Under the pieces are notes generated by a model. The model did not search any database and was not told where the DNA came from. It was given only the letters and a program-made list of their open reading frames with translations. The translations under genes and the position numbers were made by a program. DNA of 63,179 nucleotides, filler included, from Neolecta irregularis DAH-3 (lineage: Eukaryota): assembly GCA_001929475.1 (NCBI GenBank). It is 4 parts of 4 records of this genome, joined end to end, with 100 filler letters (N's around TTAATTAATTAA, not from the genome) between each part and the next. Parts side by side here need not be neighbours in the genome. Positions count along the whole stretch, not along the records: positions 22,586 to 48,022 come from LXFE01000280.1; positions 48,123 to 61,221 come from LXFE01000281.1; 2 more parts are not named here. One strand, given 5' to 3'. Of the stretch, positions 39,925 to 53,237 are shown one piece after another. Position 1 is the stretch's first letter, and every line of letters starts with the position of its first letter.

Positions 39925-40811
39925 TCATTTTGAAGCTTTCAGTTTGCTTTTAGCAACAGATTCCTCGATCCAAAGTTCAAAAGGGATAGCGTCACCAAAG
40001 GTAACACTGCGAAGCGGTATCGTTGTCACGTCCTGGGAGTAGCTTGTACCGACATTGCGCTGCGATTCAGGAAGCCACGAGGTAGACTATTTGATCAGAA
40101 AAATGAAAAACTCACTGGACACACAGAATGAGGATAATTGGCTTTTTGTCGCAATTCAATTGTAATAGTAAATGTACAGTCTTCAGGTAGGGTACCGAGA
40201 GTTGCTTCGCATACTCCCAGACGCACTATAGCTGCTCTGTATTGTTCTTCTAGGTCAAAGGGTGACATCTTGGCATTCTCTATTCTCAACTGTCAGAAAG
40301 GACCTGCAGATATATATACGGAATATCGAACTGATTCTGAGGTAAGTCTGGAAATCCGGAGACATCGAAAATGAATCTCTCAAAAGGAATATCTGCCGTG
40401 GAAAGTATCACGATGCTGATACGGCTGACGGTTCCCTTCTTTGTGAGACCTATTGGAAATTCGCATGTTTACCTTTTCGAGTTCTTCTGTGCAGCACTGT
40501 ACAGCATCCCGGATCCACTGGCATAAAGTCGGATGCCGACATTGTTGGACATGTGAGTTGTACTTTCTTGCTCGAATGAATAGCTCTGTCTTTCAGATCC
40601 ATGTCTATAATACTTACCTGCAGGATAAATATTCCTAGAGTGTAGGATTGTATGTAATGCAACTGTGACTTTAAAGTTATCTATGTGATCTTCCACGAAA
40701 TTTGATACAAAACTCCGTGAAACTTTTCAGGACAGCTTGCGAGTTAGTTTTTTTTATCCCAGATTTCTTTCTACCTCTATATGTCCATTCTCTCTCAGCA
40801 TTTGCACTCAT
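39925..40811 (-). CDS. REV7: DNA polymerase zeta subunit Rev7 (HORMA domain)
   Basis: FTVALHTILHSRNIYP, ERFIFD, LEEQYRAAI..LPEDCTFTITIE, IPLRSV..FELWIEES. Confidence 0.85.
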
Positions 40812-40859
40812 CGACGCCGATAGGTTAAAGTCACGTTTACACCGAGTTGAGGGTTTTTG

Positions 40860-42027
40860 ATGTCAATATATCTCGCAACCTCAAACCTCGAAAACCTGGA
40901 AACCCCAATGATCGATTTGCACTCTGTTACTTATAAACTTGAGCCAAGCGACCATCTTGTATGTCCAATATGTCGAAATGTCTTCGTGGAGCCTGTTCAG
41001 ACAGAATGCGGGTATATCCACCAGCATGTTATGACCTTGATACCTGATAGACATATCTTCTGCCAAATCTGTATCACTACGGCCCTCAATACTTCCAGCA
41101 CATGTCCAGTCGACAGGCGTCCAATGAATGACGAAGATCTAAAGCCAGTTCATAGAGTTATTTCAAACTTATTGGACGATCTGGAAGTTCGATGCATAAA
41201 TTCGAAATGCGGAAAGAGTATGAAGCGGTATCTGCTCAAATATCATCTGCAGGACTGTGAGTTTGGAAAAATAGATGGCAAAATGAAACAGAATTCCAAG
41301 GAAGTGGAAACCATACCCGATTGTACGGAGAAGATATCGGCTAAAGTATACTTCTGACAAGGATGCTGTACAATTTAACCCAGTAGCTACCCTTTCCGCC
41401 CACAGACTGTTGGCATTGTCAAAGTTCTCTTGAGCCATCCGAGTATCGTCAACATCGCCTGGTCGACTGTCCAGAGATTGAAACCAGTTGTTTAGCGACA
41501 TCAATAGGTTGCCGCTGGCATGGCAAACAACAAGATTTAGAAACTCATAAAATGTCGTGTATTTTGGTTTCTCTTAAACCTTTCCTCGAAACTCAAAGAT
41601 CTAAAATAGAACATCTCGAATTAGAGAACAGAGCTTTGAAAGATCAGATCTTCAACTTAGAGTCAGTATTCAAGGGGCCTTTCTTAGAAAATCAAAATCA
41701 CGTTCTTCTTGAAGTTGAGCATATACGTGGAGAAATTGAGAATCTAGGCCAAAACATCAAATTATCGGAAATCAAGCAGAGTGTAACATCCATGAATGAA
41801 ACGTTGAGAACACGGGAAGACATTCAGTCGCTTCGATTACTTGTCCAGCAGTTACGAAATTCACAGCACCATTTGGTTTTGAGGTCGCAAAGCCTCTGCA
41901 GAGACGGAAACTCGAATATTGAGGAACGGAGGATAGACAGGCAGCCGACTAGGACACTGAGTGGTATGATTGTTCTCAGGATTTACCTTATTGTATAGAT
42001 GGATCTCGACAGGAAACGAAGCTCTGA
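40860..42027 (+). CDS. RING finger plus TRAF-type zinc finger and coiled-coil protein (probable E3 ligase)
   Basis: [41 protein letters not shown], coiled coil, C-terminal RQETKL. Confidence 0.8.
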
Positions 42028-42187
42028 AGCCTATAGAATAATATTGATCTGGTTGAGGTCAAGATGTTTGAAAGAAGAGTTACAAACAAGACTCTGCTTT
42101 GATAAATTTCATGTAGAGAACATTTTGTACATTCACACCTCCAGTTTCTTGACTCTGTAGACATTTGAGGACTTTAGCCACTATTTG

Positions 42188-42291
42188 TCACTATTACATT
42201 ACATCTTAGACCGCTACTATAGCATCCATCTTGTCAAGATATAGTACAATTAGGTGCTATAGTAGCGGTCTAAGATGTAATGTAATAGTGA
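42188..42291. repeat. Perfect inverted repeat: 37-bp arms, 30-nt loop
   Basis: 42188-42224 TCACTATTACATTACATCTTAGACCGCTACTATAGCA is the exact reverse complement of 42255-42291. Confidence 0.95.
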
Positions 42292-42354
42292 GGATAATCA
42301 AGGCTAGGGAAAAGGATGGAACATGCCGTATGAACTAGTGCATGTATAAAATAC

Positions 42355-42433
42355 TGCCCACAGCCGGAATCGAACCAGCGATCTTCGCTTGTCGTAGTAC
42401 GAGAGCGACGCTATACCACTAAGCCATGCGGGC
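42355..42433 (-). tRNA. tRNA-Thr(CGT) with a 7-nt intron
   Basis: GCCCGCATGGCTTAGTGGTATAGCGTCGCTCT-CGT-A[CTACGAC]AAGCGA..GGTTCGATTCC..GTGGGCA. Confidence 0.92.
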
Positions 42434-42710
42434 TAATTAGTGTCTTGGAGATGCCAGACATGTCTATAAGATCTTTGCCACCTTCCTGTCATTTGATTGA
42501 AAGTTGAAGAAGCTAGAAGATGCATTATGGTTCGCTTAATCTTCTACAAGAATAGTCAAACAAGAATAAACTGCAGGTCTAATTAAATTCAAGAGTTGTT
42601 TGTTATATGCCCTTAATTCTCATGACCATCAATTAGTCCAAGAACCGAGAGTACTTCTCCTCAGCGCCTGAGGTCTGAATATCGATTCCTGAAACGCTAC
42701 AACAGCTACA

Positions 42711-44595
42711 ATGTTCCAGGGTGAACGCGCGAATTTTCTCGCCGGTATCAAAACAGATGCGGAGGACATTCGAAACCAAAACGGTACAAAAGAACCTAAA
42801 AGATCGATCAAGAATTAATTTTAGTTTTGGCTACTCAATCTATTGCAAATGTTTTAAAATCATCGCTCGGGCCGGTTGGACTGGACAAAATGCTTGTAGA
42901 TGATATCGGAGTATGATCGAGTCGTTCTGATGATCATTAATCGAGCAGGATGTGACAGTGACAAATGATGGAGCTACTATTCTCAGCCTTCTCGACGTTG
43001 AACACCCTGCAGGTCGCATTCTCGTTGAACTAGCCCAGCAGCAGGACAAAGAAGTGGGTGACGGGACTACTTCTGTCGTTCTTGTTGCAGCGGAGCTTTT
43101 GCGGAGAGCGAATGAATTGGTCAAGAATAACATCCATCCTACTACCATTATTACCGGTTATCGATTAGCATTGAGAGAAGCTACCAAGTATATCATCGAA
43201 GTTATGAGCAACTCTGTTGAGAGTCTTGGAAAAGAGTGTCTTCTTAACGTTGCAAAGACTTCAATGTCGAGTAAAATTATTGGGAGGTCTGATTTTCCAC
43301 CTATAGTCTCACTGATTTTCAAAGTGATTCGGATTTCTTCGCAAATATGGTAGTCGATGCTATGCAATATGTCAAAGCTACAAACAACCGTAATGAAGTG
43401 CGGTATCCAGTAAAAGCTGTAAATATTTTGAAGGCACATGGTCAGAGTGCTCTCGAATCGATATTAGTTAAGGGCTACGCCCTTAATTGCACTGTTGCCA
43501 GTCAAGGTATATATCACATAAGTATATGTTCTAAGCTCTAGCAATGAAGACAAAGATCACTGGAGCCAAAATTGCCTGTCTCGACATGAATTTACAAAAA
43601 ACAAAAATGGCCCTTGGCGTTCATGTTACAATTGATGATCCTGATCAGCTCGAAGCGATTCGCAAACGAGAAGCTTCAATCACTTTAGAACGTATCCAAA
43701 AAATCCTTAACAGCGGTGCCAACGTTATCCTTACGACGAAGGGCATTGATGACTTATGTCTAAAGTCATTTGTGGAAGCTGGTGCCATTGCGGTAAGAAG
43801 ATGCAAGAAGGAGGACTTGAGACGTATTGCAAAGGCTTCAGGAGCGACTCTAATCAGCACTCTATCAAATTTAGATGGCGAAGAGGTATTTGAAACTTCT
43901 TCTCTTGGATATGCGGAGGAAGTTATCCAAGAAAAGATCTCGGATGATGAATGTATCCTCATTAAAGGAACAAAGGCGTTTAGCTCGGCGAGTATCATTC
44001 TTAGAGGGCCCAATGGTTATTATGCCCGGAGATACAAACAGCTGATTTTTAGATTATCAGTTGGAAGAAATGGAACGCTCGATCCATGATGCACTTTCCG
44101 TAATCAAACGAGCGCTCGAAAGCGGCCGCGTCGTTCCTGGCGGAGGAGCAGTTGAGACGGCATTGAACATATATTTGGAAAATTTTGCCACCACTTTGGT
44201 ATACTGTTCCAAGATAATGTTCTAATCGACAGAGCTCTAGAGAACAGCTCGCTATTGCCGAGTTTGCTGCTTCACTACTAACAATACCCAAGACTCTTGC
44301 TGTCAATGCCGCGAAAGACTCTTCTGAACTTGTTGCCAAACTCAGAGCATACCATGCTGCTGCTCAAGGTGCTCCGGAAAGTGATATCAAACGACGAAAG
44401 AGAAAGAACTATGGTTTAGATTTAATCAACGGGACCCTCCGGGATAACATAACCGCTGGCGTCCTTGAGCCTACTATGTCTAAAGTGAAGAGCTTGAAGA
44501 GTGCAGTTGAAGCTTCAATCTCGATCTTGAGAATCGATAGCTACATTGAAGTAGACCCAGAAAAGCAAAGGGAAGATGATGGGCATGGTCATTAG
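42711..44595 (+). CDS. TCP1: Chaperonin CCT/TRiC alpha subunit
   Basis: [60 protein letters not shown]. Confidence 0.96.
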
Positions 44596-45695
44596 ATTTT
44601 CCACTTGATTTCACAGTTGCTGTATGTGAATAAGACTCAGTAGAGACTCGAAGGAATAACGACAATGAAAACTTGAGTCTACTGTCCAAGATTCTCACAG
44701 CTCATAGCTGTAATAAAGACCGCAGCAAGAGAATGATCAGAGGGATGATAGAAATTCACTTAAACTACACTCGTTTGCAGAAAGACCCACAAGAACCGCC
44801 ACATTGTTATCGAAAAAAGTAAGTTAATCCTTTCCTTACCAATGAATATTATGATTGAGCATCTTGTTCGTCTGTTGGTGAGATAGAGTGATGATGTTCA
44901 TTTTATTTGAAAGTGTCTTGAGTTGGTCGTGAGACTTTGTGACGACACTCAGTCGACATATACCTGACAGCCCGAAAAAATTCATTCACAAGGATCAATA
45001 GATCTACTGTTGTGAAATTCCGTTGATCTTTTTCGGAAACGAGTAGCTTAAAGGATCCACGTGATCAGCGGACTCTTGAAGCAAGCCCTCTGATATGACC
45101 CAGCATTGTCCATACGGAATATGCTGTTCTACATTACACTGGCCACCTTCTTCGCTCTCGTTGTTGATGTCCTGGAAATAGTCAGCTCAAATGCTGTTGG
45201 CTATCCTTAAAACGGAATGTAATACATTCCCTGATCTTGGTGTGTTCTAACAACAGACATTGTCACTCCGACTCATTTTTCAAGATCTACTTGTGAAATT
45301 TATGAAAAAGATCTCCTCTTGATTGCTATCTAGCAATATAATGTCTCGAGAGGTGTTTACCAACTTCGAAATTGCATAATGATTCTTTGCGCCTCGTGAT
45401 TCATCCGAGTCAAGATTTATTTTCTGTACCCTGGAAGATAATTCGAGAAATCCAGACAGATAGCCTAGAGAACCTTTGCATAGTAATATCGGATTTCAAT
45501 TGCACGTTTGGTACTTGATGGTCATCAACCCAAGGGATGTTTTTTTCTTTTGCACCGAGAATACTTTTAATGATTGTATTTCGGCATCTTGTGTTGGTAG
45601 CTGAAACATATAAAAACCCTCTTTTTTCCTTCATCACTCCAGTTCCAGAAATGTTCATCGTATCTGCCTTTCTCGTCGCTTCCGCGGACGTTATG

Positions 45696-46033
45696 TGTGG
45701 GGACTTGGAGTTTCCCCATACTAACTCGAATCCCAGGCACCACAGCCTCCACGTAACCTTTGTGGGTAACTAAAGGAACTGTCAAGGGAAGCCGCCAGCG
45801 TCGTGGCCTCGCCCATTCTGGATAATCATAGGATTTGCCACCGGGTACGTCACAGGGAGGCAAAGAGGCAAATGACGGTAGTGTGCATATGTGCTGATTT
45901 GTATATAAGTAGCACCTACCCTGACTAGCAGGCTAGCCTTTCACGAGATATAGTTACATCTCTTCTAAGTAACTACGCTAGAATACCCAATCAAAGTCTC
46001 ACCCAGCATCAAAACCAAGTTCGCGTGCTGACA
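45696..46033 (+). mobile_element. Degenerate solo LTR, related to 52815-53128
   Basis: TGTGGGGAC..GCTGACA termini, flanks TTATG/CTATG (4/5 TSD match), shared ATGACGGTA..TGTATATAAGTAGC..GACTAGC-GGCTAG core. Confidence 0.7.
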
Positions 46034-47746
46034 CTATGTCTACGCACAAACCCTGCTTGATTTTAACGAGAACACCAGATCATTCAAGGTTTTCTGAATC
46101 AAAACGCACTGCAGTTCGAACTGGACGTTTGCCGAAAACTCCTGTCGCTCCAGCGGTTCCAGTCCCCAAGTTAATGGAAAATACAAAACGTTCCAAGTCT
46201 GTATAAGGTACTGTGCTTGGAGAAGAGTTGTATGGATGGTTCTGCTTGTCGTCAATTGTATATATAAGCCAAGATGTATATATAAGTCTAGATATTGCAA
46301 ACTATCTAGGCTGTTTAAATTCTCGACTGCATGACATCCGTAGTATGTCTTCATTTACGTCCAAGATACGTCAGACTCATAGCACGGCAATCCTTTTTTT
46401 GAGAGATTGTAGAACGAGGAGCATTTTCGCGGGTTTGCACCATAATCCTATAGTCTTCCCCGAGACTTTTTTGAGTGCAGCTGACAGAATTATCGAACTG
46501 GTTTGCACTTTTTATTATAACTTGACTAGAAATAGTCTTTATCATTTCCAAATCATAATCATACTCTCTGGGTTGTGCAGCGATAGTGCAGCGCTCTTTG
46601 CAACATGCATTGACATCGGTTTCGAGGCAATTTCCTTTGTGTAATTTGCCACAGCCGACTAGTTCAATATAAATCTCTCGAAGCCTAATCACTTGATTAC
46701 AAGGGTATTAGAGAATGATGGACTAACAGGTTCCGCGCGAAATGTAAAATACTTCTTACAGCAAGGGAATGGGCTTGTTGAGTCACTTCTAAATATTCCT
46801 TACTTGCTGCATTTAACTGACAGACAATACAACGTGGCAATAGCCACTTGATATTCTCTCAGCTAATTCCATAAGCATACTTCTTAGTTCAAGGTAAGTT
46901 TTTTCTATAGCACCATGGTTCAGATCTTGATGAGCCTTTAGAATCCAATTGTATGCATGATTAATAGTGCTGCTGGTTCCTGTAGAGGTGGATCACGGAT
47001 AACAGGCATCTAGGTGGGTTAGAAAGCTTTGAGTGGGTGTGGTGGCGGTGATTATTTCCCTTTAGGTTCTCGTATTTTACATTTCGCGCGGAACAGATGA
47101 CATGTGATGTCCATATCACCACCAGTATCCGTGAAAGCCAACAAGAACGATGAGAAAGACCAAACAAAATTTTCACAAGCTTTCTAATTTCTTTTCAAAA
47201 AAACCTGTGTTAGAAGCAGACTTGAGACCCGGAATGGCAAAATTACTCGATAAATTCTATAGGAAGAGATGGATATCCAGACCACTTTAGATACCATCGA
47301 CACTACATGTCGTTCCATGAAACATGTTCGAGTTCGATTGATTGGGTTGATTTGGGATTTGAGAATTTAAAAATTGTTAGATGATTTTCAGATATCCTAA
47401 TCTAGGACTCAAGTCGCCCTATAGTGGTTTGCGATTCAAATAATTGTGCCAACTGATTTATCTAGAAAAGATCCTTCTGTAAGTATTCCTTGTTATGCTG
47501 TGCATTAGTTCATCTCATTCTACCGTTGGTGCACTTTTCTAGCCTGCCTCATATACTTGCCCGCCTTACGGATCTCGCACAAGTTATATTTCACATAACC
47601 AGTTCTGGCATATGCCCAATATCGCAGACGCAATTACTCGGTTGCTCCTTCTTTTAAAATGGAGATCAACGCTAAGTATCCTCAATAAGATAAACAAATA
47701 TACAAAGGCAACCCCTGCTCTGCTTCCACTCGATACACATATCGGA

Positions 47747-48005
47747 ATGTTGTACGTCTCCTTGAATGATTTGCATAAACGTCATGAACACCACAATGAG
47801 AATATTACCATGGGTGAAATGATTTCCGAGGATCCGATTGATATGATTTTATGGTTACATATCATATTCATGTTTTTATCGTTTGCGATTATTTTTCCAA
47901 TTGGAATGGTAGTGATTACTCTGGCAGTTGTTGATGCTAGATATTTGGATTGAAAAAGTCTCGATGGCATGTTCCTGTGCAGATTACAGGGACGGTATTA
48001 ATGGG
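47747..48005 (+). CDS. Ytp1/DUF2427-like membrane protein N-terminus, truncated by gap; start uncertain
   Basis: HEHH..SEDPIDMILWLHIIFMFLSFAIIFPIGMV|FGLKKSRWHVPVQ. Confidence 0.75.
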
Positions 48006-48021
48006 TACGTTGTCGTTCCGA

Positions 48022-48122
48022 TNNNNNNNNNNNNNNNNNNNNNNNNNNNNNNNNNNNNNNNNNNNNTTAATTAATTAANNNNNNNNNNNNNNNNNNNNNN
48101 NNNNNNNNNNNNNNNNNNNNNN
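48022..48122. other. Artificial contig spacer
   Basis: N-run, TTAATTAATTAA, N-run. Confidence 0.95.
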
Positions 48123-48354
48123 GGGTGGACACTAGTCTCAACTAGTTATATCCTCACCGCCACTGAAGGTTAGCTGTATAACAAGAGCGGTTCTCCTGCA
48201 AAAATTCATCAAAAGCATTGCTTTCCATGATATAAAAATTAACAATATCAAAACATTAGCAATGGTCAACCATAAAATTATCAACCTCCATTATTAACTA
48301 TCTTACCATCGGGCTAAAACAGAGACATGTAAATACTGTCGATTTAATCAAATT

Positions 48355-50804
48355 TCAAATCTGATTCCAATCCAGCCTCACGACTAGACCGAGAAGCGAA
48401 CTCGTCTCTGTGGCAGCGTAATAATTAAGGGCATCCATGAGAATTTTCAGATGGTGCGTAAAATTCTCCTCGTATCTACGCAGCACATCTTCAAGTTTCT
48501 TCATGCGGGTTTCATCAAAGAATGGTTCATTATCTCCTGATTTTGCATCTGGATTTGTTATTGCCAATGTGAGGGAACGGGCGAGCTGAGAGGTGTATTG
48601 GGCAAAAATAGTACAAGTCGACATAATTTTTGTGTGTATCTTATCATTAGCAAAATAGATGACAATATGATACCTTCAAAAGTTTCGTGTTGGTCAACAT
48701 ACATTCCTTCAGGCATGTATCCAGTGTATCAATATGTTCATGCAAAAGTTGGTCCACAGTTTTGATCTCTCCAAGTTTCGAAATCCATTCAAGCCATTTC
48801 TTTTCAACAACTTCAGTTGTGGAGAAATATGACAATTGTTGGACATAAATCAGCATCCTCGCCCTGAGAGCCCAAACTCTGGTTTTCCATTTCTCCACTG
48901 CTTGATGAGATGATTTATTGCGCCAAGTTGCAAGTTTCATATGATCCAGCCAAGCGGCGCCAAGTTGCTGTTCGAGATATTTCATTGAGATGAGGTGTCG
49001 AAGCAGCAGTTGGTATCGAAGAACAGCTTTTCGAGATATAACGAGGGATAGAGGGAATGGAACCTTGTAATTGAATTGAAGTGCAGACATTCCTTAATCA
49101 TAAACAAACAAAAAAAGGTGTGGGTTGATACCGCTAATTGGTTTTTTATCGCTATCCTTTTCCTTATCTGCAGATCCTGGGGGCCCGCTGTGCCAGCCCC
49201 CGTCAAGAGGAATAGCATCCTCAGAAATACCACTAACGCTCATAATCTTCATCAACCATTCCGTTAGCCCGACTTCGTTCATATCTACCATGATATCGTC
49301 TTTGAAGGGATCACTAGCGGCGATAGAACCGGGCATTCGGATTGACAAATCCAATAAACTTTGTAGTTTCGTTAAGGAGACCTGTTTATAGGCTTTCTTC
49401 AGTTCATGAGAAGCAAGATCTAGAAATGTGGTGAAGAAATCGGACTGATCAAGAAAGAAATAATGCTTAAGAGATTGAAGGCGCGCAGGAAGTTCGTGTG
49501 TTGATATGAGAAGAGATAGCAGGGAAGCATTTGCGTGGGCATATGCCGAGTTGATATTTTCAAGAAATCTGAAGGTCAGCTGGGGAATTGCATTGCAGCT
49601 ACTTTTGATCGTCAAAGGTTTTAGGGACGTCAGCTCCGGTTCGTTTCGAAACATCTACGCCGCCACATTCCCTTACGACATTAAGGTATTTTCCAGCAAG
49701 CAGGACTTGTTCTTTTACGCTTTCGAGCTGAGGCGGGATGTCGACCTCTTTGATTGTATATCTTTTTTCCCAATACTCATCCGTATAGTCCTCGTCCAAG
49801 CCGTCCTTCTTGATGCTTTTTTGTTCTTTAATCATGAATTCCTGATGCGGATCTTTGATTTCCCCTCGATGTAACCAGTCATTCAGCATAGTCATGTAGG
49901 GTTTTGACGCTTCGTGAAGTAAGTGACAAAGTAATTTCCGAGCATTTGGATCTCCTCCGGTTGTTAAGAGCTTTGCAGCCAACAATCCGAGAATCGCCCC
50001 ACCCTTGCATATCTTGTGTTTTTGGCCCGTTACCGCAGCTGCAATATCGTTTCCTTCCCGCAGTGAATTTAGTATTCCTTCAATATCGTCGAAGTCGTCA
50101 GCATCGTCTTTTTGTATCATGTTTTGCTTAAGCACGTCCTTTACAAGCGAATTGATATGGAACATAGAGTAGGACATAGGAAGAGTATGAAGATGAAGCG
50201 CGTGAAGAGTGATACTCGACGGTGACAAATATTGGTGTTCCAGCTGGGCCACTAGTGTGAGATATTCCTGTGATGAGATCTAGAGAAAACATATGGTTCA
50301 AACCTTTAGCAGATTTCGTATGGATGCGCATAAAGAGTGGTTAATCGATCCGTATTCCGACTTGCTATGGATATTGACAAAAGTCTCAATACTAATGAAC
50401 CATGAAGCCATTTTAAGCACTGAATAGGTGAGGTCGGACAGGCTAGGGTCTGACAGGTCAATTAACGGGCGTAAGGAGTCTAGCAACCTAATCCAGGCAC
50501 TAATCGATATGCAGGCCCCACGACACAATGTTTCTCGTTCTGTGGATCATACGTCTCCACGAATTTGATATAATCGCCTTCAAATCCCCATTGTAAGCCT
50601 AAATGGCTGAGTGCTGTGGCATACAAGCAGAACGTATAGCAGATCACTAATGATAATAGATTCCTGGGCTTCCAGCGACAATCCCTCGATTGTATCCTGA
50701 AAAGTAGCTGCGTCAATTGCTGCAGACGAATACGTGATCTGAATGCGCGAAGCTAGTGGAGCGGTGGTGTGGGGATTTACAATTACCTTTGTGAATACAG
50801 ACAT
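48355..50804 (-). CDS. Gamma-tubulin complex component GCP2 (Spc97/Alp4); start approximate
   Basis: QESIIISDLLYVL..GFEG, WLHRGEIKDPHQEFMI, YTDEYWEKRYT, VLLAGKYLNVVRECG, LKHYFFLDQSDF, YKVPFPLSLVISRK, LDTCLKECMLT. Confidence 0.92.
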
Positions 50805-50975
50805 CTATTGGATATCAATATGGGATCTGCGGATGACGGAGTGGAGCAAACAAATATAGTTAATTAAGGGCCTTTCCAAAGGCCGCCAATTGTCGCTGTG
50901 ACTGAGCAAATGTAACCCCGAAATTCCAAGCCAATCAGTAGGCAACCACCACACGCAAAGTCCCGTACTCACCAA

Positions 50976-51707
50976 ATGACCTCCAACTTCCAGAACGTCG
51001 TCGTTGTCGATGGAAAGGGCCATCTCCTCGGTATAAGGCGTCTTCAATATTTGCGGTCTTCTGATTTTGCTAACAGGCCGACTTGCGTCCATCGTAGCCA
51101 AACAACTACTCAGCGGTCAACGGGTTGTCGTTGTTAGATGCGAAGATTTAAATATATCTGGAGAATTCTTCAGAAACAAATGTGTGAATTCATTTATCCA
51201 TAATGAATACTGACTTCCTCCCAAGTAAAGTTTCATGCATATCTACGAAAGCGATGTCGATATAATCCAACTCGAGGACTCTTCCACTTCAGAGCCCCAA
51301 GTCGTGTTTTCTACAAGGCCGTCCGTGGCATGATCGCACATAAGACCGCACGCGGAGCTGCCGCTTTAGAACGATTAAAGGTCTTCGAGGGTGTCCCTCC
51401 TCCATATAGTCGAATGCAACGCGTGGTTGTACCTCAGGCTCTCCGAGTCCTAAGACTTAAACCTGGTCGAAAATACTGTACCGTCGGACGCTTATCAAAG
51501 GAAGCATGTTCATGGTTATCAGAAAAGCATACTGATGTGATTTAGGTCGGATGGAAGTACCAAGATGTTGTCAAAACCCTCGAGGAACGAAGAAAAGTCA
51601 AGGGAGCCGCTTATTATGCCAAGAAGAAGGCTCAACAACAAAAACTGGAGTCGGCAAAGAAGAGCGCTGGGGAGATCAATGACAAACTTGCTGCCTTTGG
51701 TTATTAA
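50976..51707 (+). CDS. RPL16: 60S ribosomal protein L16 (uL13)
   Basis: [59 protein letters not shown]. Confidence 0.96.
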
Positions 51708-52814
51708 ATGTCGTAATCATTGTTGGATAAAGTTATGTGCTTGCTTGTTGAAAATACAAAATACCCTAAAATTTGAGCTTGCTCAATTTCTCTATAACAT
51801 ATGTACTCCACATCTCAGCCAAAATATTTTGTATTCTTGTGGCCGAAATCATATCTCTCCATCCCACATTTCTGCATTCCAGTCCATGTATATTTTCTCT
51901 TACTCCAGTATCGGAGGGGTTAAAAAATTGGTTGGAACGATCTCTTTACCGCAAAATTATCTCCATGAAGCTATCTCCCACCAACGATGTAATTTTTTTT
52001 AAAACACCTCGCAGTAGGCGTGTTTCACTAGATTGAACACCTTTCGGCACGCTCACAACATATATGCAGTGCAGTCAATCATCCGACTATTATATTAATT
52101 AATCCATATGTAACACTCAACCATTCCTCTAATGCTCATAAGCACAAAGTCAAAGGATCGTATCCTTACCTGCCTTCTTTGTCAGCTCATTTGAACTGGT
52201 CCACCAGTTCCTTGAGTAATATCCGGTTTTTTGTGATTGGCTGGATATAAAGCATTTATCTAGCTAAAGACAAACGAGACATTGATCATGACATTTAATA
52301 TTCTGCCTAACTTTGTTTCTTTCCCGATGTCTCATTTCAGCAAACTTGATATATTCTTGGACTACATCTTTTTCCCCGCTAGATCCGTTTAGCGAGCAGG
52401 ATCATTGATGTCTACATGTATGAGGGAGGATAAGTTAGATTGGGAATAAAACATATGTTATATTTTAGGACTTACGATCGAATAACGTTGCCCGAGAGGC
52501 ACAAAATGAGCTACATCTTCGAGCTTTGTGTCTCTAAGACAGCCATTCTTGGTCTAGTCGCACTCTCTTTTTGCATGGACTGATAACCTTTGTCGAGGAT
52601 TTTAGTATGACCAAAAAGATCATTGTCAGATTCTCACCAAATCAATAATTCCCATTCGTCTTCACTTATGAGTCGTTCTGTATACAGAAATAGCAGGATC
52701 AAATCAATGGTCCGTCAATTATGAGTCAGTCTATATCCTTGAATTATGAATAGCAGGGATGATGCTAAGCTCTCGAATGTTTTGGATCTGGAACATTTTC
52801 CATTGTTCCATTAA

Positions 52815-53128
52815 TGTGAGGACACGACTTTACCCCAACGCCGCAACCCCCACCAGCTTGCCACCGCCACCGCCAAAGTATCGGAACCAGCACAAGCAGC
52901 AGCAAGGGTCGCCGATCATCCCAGTCGGGCCTGTCACAGGCATCGCCACCCGGCAGATCAATAGGGAGGCAAACGGGCAGATGACGGTATCAGCACATGT
53001 GCCGAATCTGTATATAAGTAGCGTCTAGCTGGACTAGCTGGCTAGGCTTTCGGACTCTTACTTGCAGTATCTACGTCGGCATATCCAATCTAAGTCCACA
53101 GCGCCCAACCTAAGGTCGTGTTGAGACA
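52815..53128 (+). mobile_element. Solo LTR (314 bp) with perfect 5-bp TSD
   Basis: TG..CA ends with imperfect terminal inverted repeat (TGTGAGGACACGAC / GTCGTGTTGAGACA), ATTAA on both flanks, internal TATATAAG, homologous to 45696-46033. Confidence 0.85.
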
Positions 53129-53237
53129 ATTAATATCCGAGTCTTTTTTCTGAGACAACCCTTTACTTTTTTTCGCCTTGATTTATACCAGATATAACGA
53201 GCTTCCCCCATGATCAGACATCATTTCATTCTCCATC

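Noticed and set aside
42016-42027. C-terminal TKL of the RING/TRAF protein as a peroxisomal PTS1
   Set aside because: TKL is a poor match to the (S/A/C)-K-L consensus and nothing else supports it.
46040-47500. ORFs next to the solo LTR as possible gag/pol remnants
   Set aside because: No RT (YxDD), integrase or zinc-knuckle motifs seen, and the LTR has TSD-like flanks consistent with a solo LTR.
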